Shown here: positions 24,755-39,168 of the stretch, piece after piece | Position numbering within the stretch: the first letter of the stretch is position 1 | Layout: each line of letters starts with the position of its first letter | NCBI GenBank assembly: GCA_043228905.1 | Contig: JBHGNT010000003.1 | Location: 7,502,001 to 7,566,000 of the forward strand | Origin: Azolla caroliniana | Lineage: Eukaryota; Plantae; Polypodiophyta | Direction of reading: 5' to 3' | DNA: 64,000 nucleotides | Notes under the pieces: model-generated | Told to the model about the DNA's origin: nothing | The model's input: only the letters and a program-made list of their open reading frames with translations | Databases searched by the model: none | Position numbers and translations under genes: made by a program

Positions 24755-25540
24755 CCCGGTTTAGAACGGTTTAGGGGCTAGGTTTAGGCTTGAGCCTTGC
24801 CAAACCGGCTCAAACCGTTTTAAGCCATTTATGTGATTTAAGAATTAGGGTTTAGAAAGTTAGAAAGTTAAAAATTAGACTGTTAGAACTTGAAAGTTGA
24901 CAAAGATACTGACATGAAGCCATAGGCAACATACTGTTGAGTGACGAGAGAGGGAGGGACAGAGAGGGAGAGAGAGCTTGCATAGTGGACAATCAGGGGA
25001 CCTCCTTGGCACTTGTTGTTCAGTGTTATATACATTCTTTGGAGAAGGATTGGACCGCTGAGAGTGATAGGTCGTCGTAGCCTCAGGCCTCATGGTTCGG
25101 GTGGTGGGAGGTAGGGGATTCATGAATGCCAGCCGACCAATCATAGTAGTCTACAAAGAGGGAGTCGTGGAGGTGGGACTTGGAGTTGAGTTTGACTCAT
25201 CAGTGGTAAGGCCGAGGGGGTGGGAGTTATGAGGAGGAGAAGAAGAGTAGGAGGAAGTGGTAGTGGTAGTGGTAGTGGTAGTGGTAGTGGTAGTGGTAGT
25301 GGTGTTTTTTGGGTATCTTCAACTTTTTTGTCCCAAACCAGCTCCCAAACCAATTCACAAACCCGTTCCCAAACCATTTCACAAACCGGTTCCTAAACCA
25401 GTTTGGCCTAAACCGATTAAGGGATCAGTTCGGTTTGATTCGGTTCAAGTTTGAGAACCTCAAAACGGTTTAGGCTTAACCAATTTGGCTTGGATAAGGC
25501 CAAACCGGTTAAGCCTAAACCGAACCGTTGTCGATTCCTA
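24755..25540. mobile_element. Left-truncated hAT-type non-autonomous element just upstream of pirin, containing a (GGTAGT)n microsatellite
   Basis: The right TIR ccgttgtcgattccta matches the neighbouring element; many aaaccg/cggttt subterminal motifs; no left TIR found. Confidence 0.6.
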
Positions 25541-25835
25541 CCCAACCTTATTGGGAAGATGTATGTATGAGGGAACCATAGAGAGATGAATAGCAATGGG
25601 CTCGGTTTCGGCTCAAACCGAACCAAATCATGAAGGAGAATCAGTCATCCTAATAGTTCTTCGCTCTAGTTGCATGAAGGGGCCTGATTTGTTGAATTCG
25701 GGAAACCATGATTCCTGGTCCGTCATGAACCATTAGGTCACTGCCCATGAGACCTCTCCATAACCTCTGTTGTGAGCTAGTATTTGTAAACTTCACTTAC
25801 ATATTTCCTGTGCGTGTACGCAAGACTACAAATAG

Positions 25836-26311
25836 TAGGGATCAGCAACGGCCTTATCCAAGCCAAACCGGCTAAGCCTAAACCGTTTAGGGGTTTTCAA
25901 ACCTGAACCAAACCGATCCCTAAACCGGTTTGGGCTAAACCGGTTTGTGAACTTCATAACACAATTCCATTACAATTTATCATTGAACAATCCCCCTCCT
26001 ATATGCTCCAAATGTAAAATGGTTACAAGAATTAGAGAAAAACAACAAGAAAACATAAAATGAGAAATGCAAGGCAAATTTAACTTATAGATAATTAAAG
26101 AAAAACAACGAGAAAAAATTGACAACTTATACTTTAGTAATAAACTATAGTAATTACTAATTAAATCACTTAAACGGCTTAGCCGGCTCAAGCCAAGCCG
26201 AGCCGAGCTCAAACCATTAAGGCAGGCTCAAGCCTAAACCGAGCCGCTAAGTCATTTTAAGACGGCTAAGCCAAACGGTTTAGGCTTGAGCCGAGCCGTT
26301 GTCGATCCCTA
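25836..26311. mobile_element. hAT (Ac-like) non-autonomous element
   Basis: TIRs tagggatcagcaacggc / gccgttgtcgatcccta; 8-bp TSD acaaatag / acaaacag; subterminal aaaccg and gagccg repeats. Confidence 0.85.
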
Positions 26312-26773
26312 ACAAACAGTGCTCAGATGATTCAATCACTTCACCACACATGCGGCAAGTTGGGTCCAATCCACATTTGTTGCTCCATTCCCCGGTTGGA
26401 AGGGCACGATGAACGGTTCGATTCTAGTTTGGTTTGGTTCTAAAACTCAAGTTTATTGGTTTATAGGTTTAAGTGGTTTGGTTTAAAGGTTTTGGTTAAT
26501 TTTTTTCTCCCTTAATAGTTTATTAATTTAATGGTTTAATTAAAGTTTTTTTATTGATTTAATTAATTTAACTTAAATAATTAGTTAATTTAATGGTTTA
26601 ATTAATGCTTCTTTATTGATTTAATAAATTTAACATAAATGTTTATTTAATTTTATGTATTTTTTTTTAGTTAAAATTTTAATTAGTTTGATTTAAGTGG
26701 TTCGCTTTTTAAAAAATTATTCAATGGTTCGGTGTACCTTTTCTTAAATGGCTTGAGAGTTCCTAAACGGTTT

Positions 26774-26873
26774 NNNNNNNNNNNNNNNNNNNNNNNNNNN
26801 NNNNNNNNNNNNNNNNNNNNNNNNNNNNNNNNNNNNNNNNNNNNNNNNNNNNNNNNNNNNNNNNNNNNNNNNN
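26774..26873. other. Assembly gap (100 N)
   Basis: Exactly 100 N, a standard placeholder for a gap of unknown size. Confidence 0.99.
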
Positions 26874-27042
26874 AACCGGCCAAGACCCCGAATCGGATTC
26901 GGATGAAGAGCAGATGGATGAGCCAGTCACCGAAGCCTAGAGACGGAGATATCCTCTCAGAGAGAGAAGGGCCCCCCGGAGATTTCCGGATGCAGAGCAT
27001 GTTCTGCCGACCGATGAGGGGGAGCCGTAAAGCTTCGAAGAA

Positions 27043-29367
27043 GTGAAGGAAGACACCCACAGCCGAAAATGGTTAAGTGCCATGCAGGATGAGATGGATT
27101 CCCTGCATGAGAACCATACGTACGAATTGGTGGAGTTGCCGAAAGGAAAGCGGGCACTCCGAAACAAGTGGGTGTACAAGTTGAAACCGGGAGATGCCGG
27201 CAACCCCCCGAGATACAAAGCTAGGATCGTGGTGAAGGGGTTCCAGCAGAAAAAGGGCGTGGACTTCGACGAGATATTTGCCCCTGTTGTAAAGATGACC
27301 TCCATCCGGACGGTGCTGAGTATAGCGGCAAGCATGGACCTTGAGGTAGAGCAGCTGGACGTGAAGACGGCATTCCTTCATGGCGACCTCGAAGAGGAGA
27401 TCTACATGCAGCAACCGGATGGATTCGTGGAGAAAGGGAAGGAGCACCTGGTATGCCAGTTGAAGAAGAGCTTGTACGGACTGAAGCAGGCTCCCCGACA
27501 ATGGTACCGGAAGTTCGACTCCTTCATGACCGATCAAGGGTACCACAAGACGCAGGCCAATCATTGCGTGTTTGTGAAGAAGTTCGAAGGAGGCGACTTC
27601 CTGATACTCCTTCTGTACGTGGATGACATGTTGATCGTCGGACGTGACCAAGTCAAAATACGGATGCTGAAGAAGGCTCTCAACCGGACCTTTTCAATGA
27701 AAGACTTGGGTCCGGCAAGGCAAATGTTGGGGATGCACATCATCCGGAACCGGTCAGCGAAGCAATTATGGCTGTCACAGGAGAAGTACGTGACAAAGGT
27801 GCTTCACCGGTTCAACATGTCAGATGCGAAACCGGTCGGATCGACACTTCCGGCAAACTGCAAGCTATCCAGTAAGCAAAGCCCAAAGACGAAAGCAGAG
27901 AAGGCGGATATGATGAAGATTCCATATGCCTCTGCCATCGGGAGCTTGATGTACGCAATGGTGTGTACCTAACCGAATATAGGATATGCAGTCGGAGTGG
28001 TGAGCCAGTTCATGAGTAATTCCGGCAAGGAGCACTGGAACGCGGTCAAATGGATACTCCGGTATTTGAAGGGCACTTCAAATATGTGTCTCCGATTCGG
28101 CTCAGGAAAACCTCAATTGGACGGTTTCACCGATTCGGACATGTCGGCTGATGTGGATACCAGCCGGTCTACATCCGGGTATGTAATGACATATGCAGGG
28201 GGAGCTGTTTCGTGGCAGTCGAGGCTGCAGAAGACGGTTGCATTGTCAACCACAAAGGCGGAGTACATGGCGGCTGTGGAAGCCGGCAAGGAAATATTAT
28301 GGATGAAGGACTTCATCGGAGAGCTCGGTATCCGGCAAGAGGAATACCGACTCTATTGCGACAGTCAAAGTGCCATCCACCTTGCTAAGAATGCGGCCTA
28401 CCATTCCCGGACGAAGCATATCCAGCGGAGGTATCACTGGATCCGGGAAAGAGTAGACGACCAGGAGTTCGCACTGACGAAGATCCACACGGCCGAGAAC
28501 GGGTCAGATATGCTGACCAAAGTGCTGACACCCGACAAGCTGGACGCATGCCGGAAACGGATCGGACTGGTAAGACACCCCATGCCGGAGTGAAGGGGGA
28601 GTTTGTTGGGAGACAGGTCCCTCCGGATGGGAAGGGAGAAGAACAGTGCCAATGAACAAACTCCGCCGGGGCCGAAACCGTATGAGGTGTACCCGGCTGC
28701 GGAGAGCCGGATGGTGCAGACTCGGTATGAACCGGATGAGGAGTACCCGGCTACGGAGAGCCGGATGGTGCAGACCCGGTATGAACCGGATGAGGAGTAC
28801 CCGGCTACGGAGAGCCGGATGATGCAGACTCGGTGAAGACCGGATGAGGAGTACCCGGCTACAGAGAACCGGATGGCACAGACCCGATGAGGAATGCTCT
28901 CCAGATGAAGAGACATATTCGTAAATATGTTTCTGAAGAGCCCACCGTGGCTATATTTGTAAATAGCCGAAAAGTCATATTAGTATAAATATGACTTAGG
29001 GCAAACTTTTAGTTGTTGTTGTCAATTTTGTTTGTGCAAGAAGTAGAGTGAGCACGTAACAGTGTACAGAGAGTGAGAGAGAGAAAGACAGAGGTCGTTG
29101 CCTCAGTTGTAACCGCCACCTGTGGCGAAGATCTGTGAGCACGAGGTCGTTGCCTCAGTGAACTCACTTTTGTATATTCTTACATAGTGACAGTTTGCAG
29201 CCTGTGGGCTGCCGTGGTTTTTTCCCCTAGTTTGGGGTTTTCCACGTAAACCTCCTGTGTATCTTCCTCTTCTTTGTGTCGTGTTTTATTTCCCGGTTTT
29301 TTCTGTGTATCATTCTAAGCTCGGTTGTGGCCGAGCGTTGTGCATAAGGAGCGTTGAGTTCCCTACA
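27043..29367 (+). mobile_element. Second copy of Copia B RT-RNaseH and 3' LTR (28604-29367)
   Basis: Matches 5343-7667 at offset 21700 apart from one SNP, and shares the premature TAA. Confidence 0.93.
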
Positions 29368-29949
29368 AAGAGAAGAGAGGGTGGAAAGGAGATATATATA
29401 TATATATATGGGAAGAGGTGAGAACAAAGGAGCTGTGTGAAGCATTGTGAAGCATAATGAAGCATAGAGAAGCATAGTGAAGCTTGGTGAAGCTTGGAGA
29501 GGCTTGGTGAAGCTTGGTGAAGCTTGGTGCTCAACTCATCTACTTCCAATCTCCTTTCCATCTCCGCTACTCAACGTGAGATCTACACGGCTACTACTTC
29601 GACTTGTGGACGTTCTTATCCAGGTTTTCTTCTCTCTTCTTTTCTTTTATATGCTTGAGAGATAATCTTATCCCTTTGGATTATTGTACCATCTTTGTCG
29701 GTAGTACTATGCTACATATCTCTACTTATTTTTAGTATATCTAGAAGTAGAATTTGTACTTGTGTTGTATCTCTTTGGTGATAGTGGATTGGTTTTGGAC
29801 TTATGTCCCATGGTTGTTTCCCTCATTGAGGGTTTTTCCACGTTAAATCTTGTGTAATATTTGTTGTGTCATTGTGTGTGTTTCTTTTTCATTATAATCA
29901 AGCATAAAACGTGACGCGTGTTACACTCTTACGTGTCTATATCTCATCA

Positions 29950-30900
29950 ATACCGATGTTGATTGGGCCGGTTACAAAATTGACAAACGATCCACATCCG
30001 GATTCGACTTATCACTCGACAACGGAGCCATTTTGTGGTGAAGTAAGAAGTAGTTGACAGTCGTATTGTCGAGCACAGAGGTCAAATACAGGGGTGTAGC
30101 TGTCCCCGCATGCGAAGCCGTTTGGCCCAAAAGAATCCTAAAGGATCTAGGCGTTCCCATCGAGGATCTAATTCTCTTGTATTGCGATAACATGAGCAGT
30201 ATCCACCTGGCCCGCAACCTAGTCTTCTTCCACACTCAGACCAAGCACATCGAGGCGCATTACTATTTCATCCTAGAACGTGTCTTGGCTGGAGATATCG
30301 ATCTGCGGTACATTAGTATGAATCTATAGATGGCCGACATATTCACGAAAGCCCTAGGAATTGACAAGTTGTGGCAGTTCACAAGGAACCTTAGTCTCTC
30401 GATTAGGTCCAACTAGCCATGCTTGAGGGGGAGTACGACAGAGTAGAATGATCAACCAGCCAGTCAAAGCCGATTCAGCATAATCGAAGTCTGTCGAAGA
30501 CCGAACCAACTTTTCGGCGTCGAGAAGTTGCATTTGAAGGGGCGTGTTGAGAATCAAACTCAACTTCCCTAGTGTGTGAACATCCCACCACCTACTATAG
30601 TAACTAGTGTGTCATAGAATCTTATAGCTCTATGACACATATTCAATGTAGTTAAGATTCCATCTCTCTTTAGTTAAGTTGTGGTTGTATAAAGAGAATA
30701 GTGGGAAGGTGACTATATAAGTGCTCTCTCACCTCCCTTGTAACAGTTGTTGGTTATTCTTGTATTCTGCTCCTTGTTAATACAGTTTTACTTGCATTTT
30801 CTATGTACACCGAGCTCTCTCTATTTCTCTCCTTCTCACACACACACACATATCACTTCCGTTGCACATAATCACGGTCTCTCCTTTATTCACAGAAACA
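29950..30900 (+). mobile_element. Second copy of the Copia C remnant
   Basis: Matches 8250-9200 at offset 21700. Confidence 0.75.
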
Positions 30901-33900
30901 TTTGTTTAAGAATGAACAACTCTTGAATCATATAAAAGAGAAGAGTTGACTTATTTCTAGGTGTTTTTTTGCTAAGCCTAGATTGGGAGAAACCAAAAGA
31001 GGATTAAGGGAGTAGAAGAGAGAGACCTCACTAATTGTGCTTACTTCTTGATTAACAATAAAAAAAGTTACTTTCATTCATTCATGTGTATGTGTGTTTG
31101 AATCTCGACAAACATCTTTTTTATCTTCTCTTTTCTCTCTTTGAAGTCCTTGTTATCGGTATCTATGAACAAAGGCTCGATGCTTGTCCAAAGATAAAAG
31201 CTTTCTTCTACACAAATCCAAAGAGTAAAGGTCACAAAATAGGACAACCAAGGAACCCTATTAGAGACATCAACCCATGCGGAAGAAGGATATTTGACAA
31301 AAGTACAAGAAATCAAATCCTACTAAAGATGAAAATGTCATTGAGATTGATGAAGGTGATGGTGATAACACAGAAGATGATGTAGAGCCCAATGAAGGTC
31401 AAGAAGATTTGGATTTTAAGGAGTGCAAAGACAACGTTTTAAGTTTTCTCTATTGAAATAACCAAGGAGCGACAAATTTCAAGAAAAGATAACAAAATAT
31501 TGAAATGTTTCTGGATATATTCACAAGATGTACACCATAGATGAACAAGGATTATTGAGAATGCTTAAATTCAAGTTGAGTAAGGTAATACTCATCCAAT
31601 TTTAGTTAAACAAGATTATGCTATTATTATTTTCATTTTTGATATACTAATATTCAAAGGGAGGAGAGGTAGTATTTCATGGTGAAAGAAATATAATTAC
31701 GCATTTTAGGATTTGATTCTTCTAAGTACTATTTTTAGATTAATTATTGAATACCAATTTAAACCAACTAGTTCCCATGGAAACATTACCTTCATTTACA
31801 AGCGTGATGGATGTTATGGAAGAAAATACCTAGGTGAAAGACTATGTATTTTAACTTTGGACTAGAAATGAGAACATCTTTTCCAAAAGTAACCATGAGG
31901 TTTAAGTGAGACAACCAATGTTCCATGACCTCCATCTTTCTTTCAAAATAAATTACTTTTGTCAATGTTTGGTATAGTTGTAAAGCCGACAATGATTAAT
32001 ATCTTTTGTGTCTACATTAAAGTTGAAAGATATGTCAAAGGTAACATAGAATTAGGTACAATGTCATTGCGTAGTATTATTAATCGTTTGATGGGCAATA
32101 CAACACTATTCACATTTTAGCATTTAAAAAATTTACGACGTCATTTTAGAACATGAAACATATTCTTGATTCGTCAAATGACCCAAACATTAAATTTAAC
32201 AATGCAAGGACTAAATACATGTCGAGACTGTCTAAGGTGTTTCATAATTTTACTAATATGCAATTAGTTCAAATAGATTGTCTTCTATGTTTGTCCTCAT
32301 TAATTGGTTACGACTTAGTTAAGGTTTAGAATAACACTATTTGAAAGTGTCAAATTAGAACACGTTCTGATTGTTTGCATTTGGAGGAGGTTTAAATTTA
32401 AAAATCTTGATGAACTCTGAAGGTTGGCCTAGTGTTGACCATGCATGCTAGCCAAGAGGATGTGACATGCATGTGGGCCAAATGGAGCTCTGATATGGAG
32501 AAGATCCTACATTGACTTACAAATTATAATAGGAACAAGGAAGATTTGTAATATATCCAAGCTAGTTATAAGATCACCCCCTCATAAAAACATTATCTTT
32601 AAAAACAAATAAGGTGATTCCCACTCCTCAAAGTTAGTTAAATAATATGGTTGGTAATGAAATAATGAATCATTCGCATTCATACCATGGATATATGTTT
32701 TTAGCAGGATATGGAGTTGGATATATGGATGGAATATAATCCACCTAATTCTAGAACTATCATACGAGCAATGTTTTAGGACCACTAAAAAACTTGCCAA
32801 TGTCGATTTCATGAAGCCAAATTTATAAGAACATACTCCTAGTAGGTTGTCATTTTGAAATTCTTTTGTGTGATTAGAGCATATGTCACACTATCAATTT
32901 TGTGAACCCCTCATATATCAGAGGATTTTCAAGACTAACACTATATATAATTGGATGGGACATAAACCTAACACATTAGCAATTGGTATGAAAACACACA
33001 CTTCCAATCAATGCAATAATGATCCTTACTACAAACACTAGATTGGTTGTTTGTTCCATGGCCCGTAAAAAACAATTACCTGGAATATGATAAATGTAAG
33101 AAACCAAATAGATTAAGCACTACTTGGTAGTCAATTAATAGTAATGTTGTCATTACAAAAACACCATATATATATATCGATAGTTCAAGTGAAATCTGAT
33201 TCACATTTAGTGGCAGATTACATTTCCATTCACTTTTTTGAAGCAAATAGTGTTTGTTACCTGGAATTTGAGAAATGTAAGAAATCAATTACGTTAAGCA
33301 CCTACTTGGTAGGCAATTAATAGTAATGTTGTCATTACAAAAACACCATATATGTAGATCTATCATATCGATAGTTCAAGTGAAAGCTGATTCATATTTT
33401 GTGGCAGATTACATTTCCATTCACTTTTTTGAAGCAAATAGTGTTGCTACCCAAGAAATTTGACACTTCATCTAGCTAAACCCATTTTATCACAGTATTA
33501 ATTGTGTTGCTATCATGCAATTTGAATTACTTCATCCTCCAGGCCTAATCCATGTATAAATCGAGTAGTTTTGACATACAAAACCTGACTTTGCAAACTA
33601 AGAAAGGATACTTACTTAATCCATGAGACCCTGCTTTTTCTTCATCGAGGAAAAAGTGCTGACTTTGCATTGCAAACTAAGAAAGGAAACCTGCTTAATC
33701 CATGAGTGCCTATCATGAAGATGCTTATGATCCTCCTTTTTATGAATACCAAGGGAATTCCATCTGACTTGAGCTTTTACTTCTACTTATCATCAATCTT
33801 AAAGGCTATGATTTTTACCTTGGTAAGTTGGTAGGCAATTAGTCTGTTGTTGGTTATGAAATCAATACTGCTGTTTTTGGCTGCATTGATGATTAAATGC

Positions 33901-36199
33901 ATATGGACAACATAAGCTCTACTTTCAAGGGTAATAATCAGATATCAAGCACATTTTTATATTGAATTTTGTTTACAACAAAGAGAAGGGAAACAATTCC
34001 TTTGCTCTATCTACATAAGATTTTGCATTTCCCCCATTCGCTGCATACCCTCTGCCCTTAAAGAGCTTCATTGGCAGATAACAACAGTCAGGAAAGAGGG
34101 AGATAACTCAATTATTACTGGATTGAACCTTCGCATACAGAAATTGCTGAATATGCGAAGCACTCTAAATATCACCTTTGAGCATTACAAGGAGAACTTC
34201 AGATCTCCAGGAGGTGCTTCTTCTTCTACTACTACTTCAAGACAACAAGGATAATCCCATTTAATGGGAAATCCATCATCAGGTGACTATGCCTGAACCA
34301 AAGCTGCATGCAAAAATTAGAAAGATAGAGAGATCAGATCATATTAGATCAATGACAGAAATCTGATTAAATTTATCAAAACGTTTAAAAGAAAGAAAAA
34401 TATGAACTTAGAAACACAGAATCCTAAGAACAATAATCTTGATCAAAATTGTAAAAGAATGTCAGGCACCTGATGAAGCTACATCAACATGCCTAAAATA
34501 AATAACTGATAATAAATTAGAATGGCAGGCATCTGCAAGAAATGAAGTTTTATCAAAACATCTCTGGACAGAAGACGGATTAGAACAACAAAAAAATACT
34601 ATGATAGCCTCATCAAAGACTTTTAAATGGAAGGAAGATAGGATAAATGACAGGAATTATGAAAGTTGCATCAAACATATGTGAAGCATATCAGACGAAT
34701 CACAGGAAGCTAGAATGGCTAGAAGCTTTTATGATCGAAGTGTGTCTAAGAAACGCGTATTGATCATCAGAGAAATGACAAAAATTTGTCTTGTGTTCAT
34801 CAAAACTTTATCAAAGACTTTGAAGGCAAAGGAAAATCAGATAAATGACAGGAATTATGAAAGCTGCATTAAACTTCTGCAAAGAAGCACAAGCGAATTA
34901 CAAGGAAATTACAATGGACAGATGCTTTTATGATCAAAGCGTGTAAAAGGAGGCGTAATAATCATCAGAGAGGTGAGAAACTGTTATAATTTCATCCAAA
35001 CACTCGTAAGAATAGCATATCGAAATTCTAGCAATGCTAACTCTGCCTTGATCAACACGTGTAAAACTACAGAAACCACAGCTTGAGAAAGAAAGGAATA
35101 TCAATATGTTACATAAAACTACAGAAAGAGGAGAAAAGACCTGAAAGAAATGCAGATCAGATCAGCAGATTAAGGCGGAAAACACGGAAGAAGGTTCTTC
35201 GGAGTAAAGGTGTTTTATCAAACAAAGTTTTTTGCAGTTCAACCCATAGTTTTCAGCGATCTGCTACTTCTCTTTTAGATTGTAATGCAAAAAGAAAAGA
35301 TAGATTTTTCCACGCCACGTCTTCAGATTAAGGCTGATCGACCACATCGTGTGAACAAACTCGATATTTTTGGAAATGAATTCGTAGTTCTAACATGGTC
35401 TTCATTCATAGCAAAAAACTCTGATGCATACTGTAATGAGATACTGGTCAGACACAGATACTGTTTCCTACGGGGTATTAGCATACCTGCTAATGTAATT
35501 CGTTACTTAGTAGTTTGAAAGAGATTTATGTTAACCTCTTTTTCTTCTCTATTGCAATACATTAGAATAAAGGTTAATTTCTTTCTGCGGGGGAAATTTG
35601 TCACAGCGTTTTGGGACAAGGCAAACTACACTTCAACAGTCTTAAATATGTTTTTCATCTGTACCAAAAATCCATGAAGAGAAAGACACAGAGAAGCTTA
35701 CTAGACATGACTACGATGTTCCAAAGATTTATCTTCTCCTAAACAAACCTGTAAGCTCGCATGGAGACCCGGTGTTGCAGGAGATGCTGGAAGAAGAAAT
35801 TGACAGAGTGAAGGCCAACAACGAAAGCAGTAAAAGCGAGCAACATGAGAGCAATAACCATCGCGTCGTTTTCTCTTCTCTCCGAATCTGAATGTGAATC
35901 TGGATCTGATCTGATGCTTCCTTCCGCTTCCAGGTCTGTTTCGGAGATTCTTATGAAACCCTAGAAATCTTCTGGGAAGGAAGCAGCAGCCAAGAAAGAA
36001 AAGATTGGAAGCCCGAGAGGTAAGGGAGGGATGTGATTAAATGAAGCAGACCAAGAAAAGAAAAACCCTAATCTGAGTAAGGAAGCCAAGAAAACTGAAA
36101 CCCTGATTTCCATGAGGAGGAGGAGGAGGACTGGTTGACTTGTTTTGTCATCGTTTGCTATATGTCTCTAGAAGTTTCGTGGCTCAGATGAAACAGATT

Positions 36200-36278
36200 C
36201 TGTTATTCTTTATTTACTTCTTTATTTGTTTGTTTGTTTATTTTTTTATTTTATTGCTTTTTTATTTGCTTATTTGCT

Positions 36279-36314
<36 letters not shown>

Positions 36315-36390
36315 TATTTATTTATTCATTTCTTTCTTTCTCTTCTTTTGTTTGTTTTTTCATTTATTTATTTTGTTTATTTATTCATTT

Positions 36391-36422
<32 letters not shown>

Positions 36423-37445
36423 TATTTTTATTCATTTCTTTCTTTCTTTCTTTCTTTCTTTCTCTTCTTTTGTTTGTTTTTTCATTTATTTATTTTGTTT
36501 ATTTATTCATTTTCTTTCTTTCTTTCTTTCTTTCTTTCTTTTGTTTGTTTGTTTTTTCATTTATTTATTTTGTTTATTTATTCATTTTCTTTCTTTCTTT
36601 CTTTCTTTTGTTTGTTTGTTTTTTCATTTATTTATTTTGTTTATTTATTCATTTTCTTTCTTTCTTTCTTTCTTTTGTTTATTTTTTCATTTATTTATTT
36701 TGTTTATTTATTCATTTTCTTTATTTGTTTGTTTGTTTTTCATTTATTTATTTATGTATTCAACTTTTTGCTTTTTTTTATTTATTTATTTTTTGCTTAT
36801 TTATTTATTTATTTTATTGATTTATTTAGTTATTTGTTTATTTTTTTATTTCATTTGTTTGTTTTTTTCTTTTCTCTTTTTTCTTTTTTCTTTTTTTTAT
36901 TTCATTTGTTTGTTTTTTTTTTTATTGATTTATTTACTTATTTTTTATTTTATTTACTTATTTTTTTATTTCATTTGTTTGTTTTTTTCTTTTCTCTTTT
37001 TTCTTTTTTCTTTTTTTTATTTCATTTGTTTGTTTTTTTTTTTATTGATTTATTTACTTATTTTTTATTTTATTTACTTATTTTTTTATTTCTTTTGTTT
37101 GTTTTTTCATTTATTTATTTTGTTTATTTATTCATTTCGTTTATTTTTTTATTTTATTGATTTATTTTGTTATTTTTTTATTTTGTTTACTTATTTGTTT
37201 ATTTCTTTTGTTTGTTTTTTCATTTATTTATTTATTTTATTTATTCATTTTGTTTGTTTTTTCCTTTATTTATTTATGTATTCAACTTTTTGCTCTTTTT
37301 TTGTTTGCTTATTATTTTATTTATTTTATTTATTTTATTTATTTTATTTATTTATTTAGTTTTTTTTTTGTTCTTTTATTTTTTATTTTTTATTTTTTAT
37401 TTTTTATTTTTATTTATTTATTTATTGTGTTTGTTTGTTTTGTTG
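36200..37445. repeat. Second copy of the T-rich low-complexity tract
   Basis: Matches 14500-15745. Confidence 0.95.
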
Positions 37446-38819
37446 GTTGGTCGGTCAATTGTTTATTCTTGGACCCTATGATAAATGAAGCCCATTCATT
37501 TTGCTTCGATTCTTCGAGTGGGGTCACTCAATCGGTCCTTTTGTCGGGTCAACTGGACAATGCTCTTGTTTCTTCAAGTCTAGCCACCCAACATTGGGGG
37601 TGGCACTGTTTGTGATGTGGCGTGTACCGTTCAGGAAAATGCTTGGAATTGAGTTCACAACAAGTCAAGGTTATGGTTAAAGAAATAGCAATAGCAAGGA
37701 GGAGGAGTTGACTCTAGATATAAATCAAACTAACAAAAAGATATAGTTCCATTCATGAGAGCTAACTCTTGGGATGATAAGGTATAAGGGTTTTGAATCT
37801 TGTATTGGACGATGAAAGGGAAATGACGATTTACTATGTGCATTGTGCACCATATAGGAATGAGGAACACAATAAAAATGAGAGTAAAATGTTAGGCACA
37901 AATGGCGACTTGTGTAGCAAGTTACTATTTTTTTTGTCAAGGCCCTCCAGAAAACCCATAAGGAATATAAGAAGAGCTCATTGCCCAGGGTTGACATTTT
38001 GAGAGAGATGCTCAGGCTTCTGTTAGTGAATGAATTGTTTGCATGATAGTGTAGCGAATGAAGTGGGAGTGTCAGAGACCTATGACGATGAGAGGTAACG
38101 TGGTTGTCAATTGTGGGCTGCCTACACCAAAACTCAAGGATTCCATTTCATCTTATTCATCTATTTCCTACTCGAACCACCCATGTGGTTGAGGATTTTA
38201 TTCTTGATTGTACCACAATATATTTGTTTAGAGTTTACCTTATGAATTTGTAAATTTTATTATTGTAAATTATATCTAATTCAAAGGATCTTTATGTAAT
38301 TATACAAAATTGTAGTTGATTTGGTGATGGTTTTGTGTGTATTCATACCCCAAGTTTCTCTACTACACTTGGATTTTTTCCACAAATCCTGCTTCTTTCC
38401 TTCATAAGACAAATCTTTCAACCTCACATTAGTCCCTTTGGATAAGCTACAAAATCTAAGATTTCCAATGTGAGTGATGATTGATAAAATGGCACAAGAA
38501 AGATGTCAAAGCTCATCATGTTTTGGACGTTATATTTCATGTATTGCACCAACTTCAAAATCATGTTATTCTAGGAATAAGAAATTTGTACTTTCTAGAC
38601 CCTATTCCTATGTTCACTATCCACATGTATAGGCCCTAGGGGCTATGATATTTTCCTTGAACAAGTTTGTGAATAAACTTTGACTATCGTTTGATGAATA
38701 AACACATGATCACAAATAATATAGGACATGCAATAATTAAAATTCGTAGAGTTGTAGGATAGATTAATAGAAACATCACATGTAAATGGTAATAAGGGTT
38801 ATTAAGACATGGCCAAAAA

Positions 38820-39168
38820 TATCTATCAATTACTTAAAATAAGATTTCAATCTGTAGTAAGGTCATTCATGGGCCACTTAATAAGCGGGATATGAGCTAG
38901 AAAAGGACTTTCCTTTATGAGGGTTGACCATTGATGTAACCTTTCCCTCCTCTTCCTATATAAACCTTATTGTAGCATTATCTCAAGGGCAATGTTATTA
39001 AGAAATGTTCAAGTTAGATTTATAAAGGAAGAGAATGGGAAGGTTACATCAACATCAATTATCAACCCTTATAAAGCAAACTCCTTTTCTCGCTCACATC
39101 CCTCTTATGAAGTGACCCACAGGTGACTTTAACACAAACGAACCCCTTACTTTAAGTGGTTGATAAGT
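38820..39168. mobile_element. Second copy of the fold-back inverted repeat
   Basis: Copy of 17120-17468 with one SNP. Confidence 0.68.

Noticed and set aside
25141-25454. Pro-rich or extensin-like and poly-Val ORFs
   Set aside because: They derive from a (GGTAGT)n microsatellite and aaacc subterminal repeats of a hAT element.
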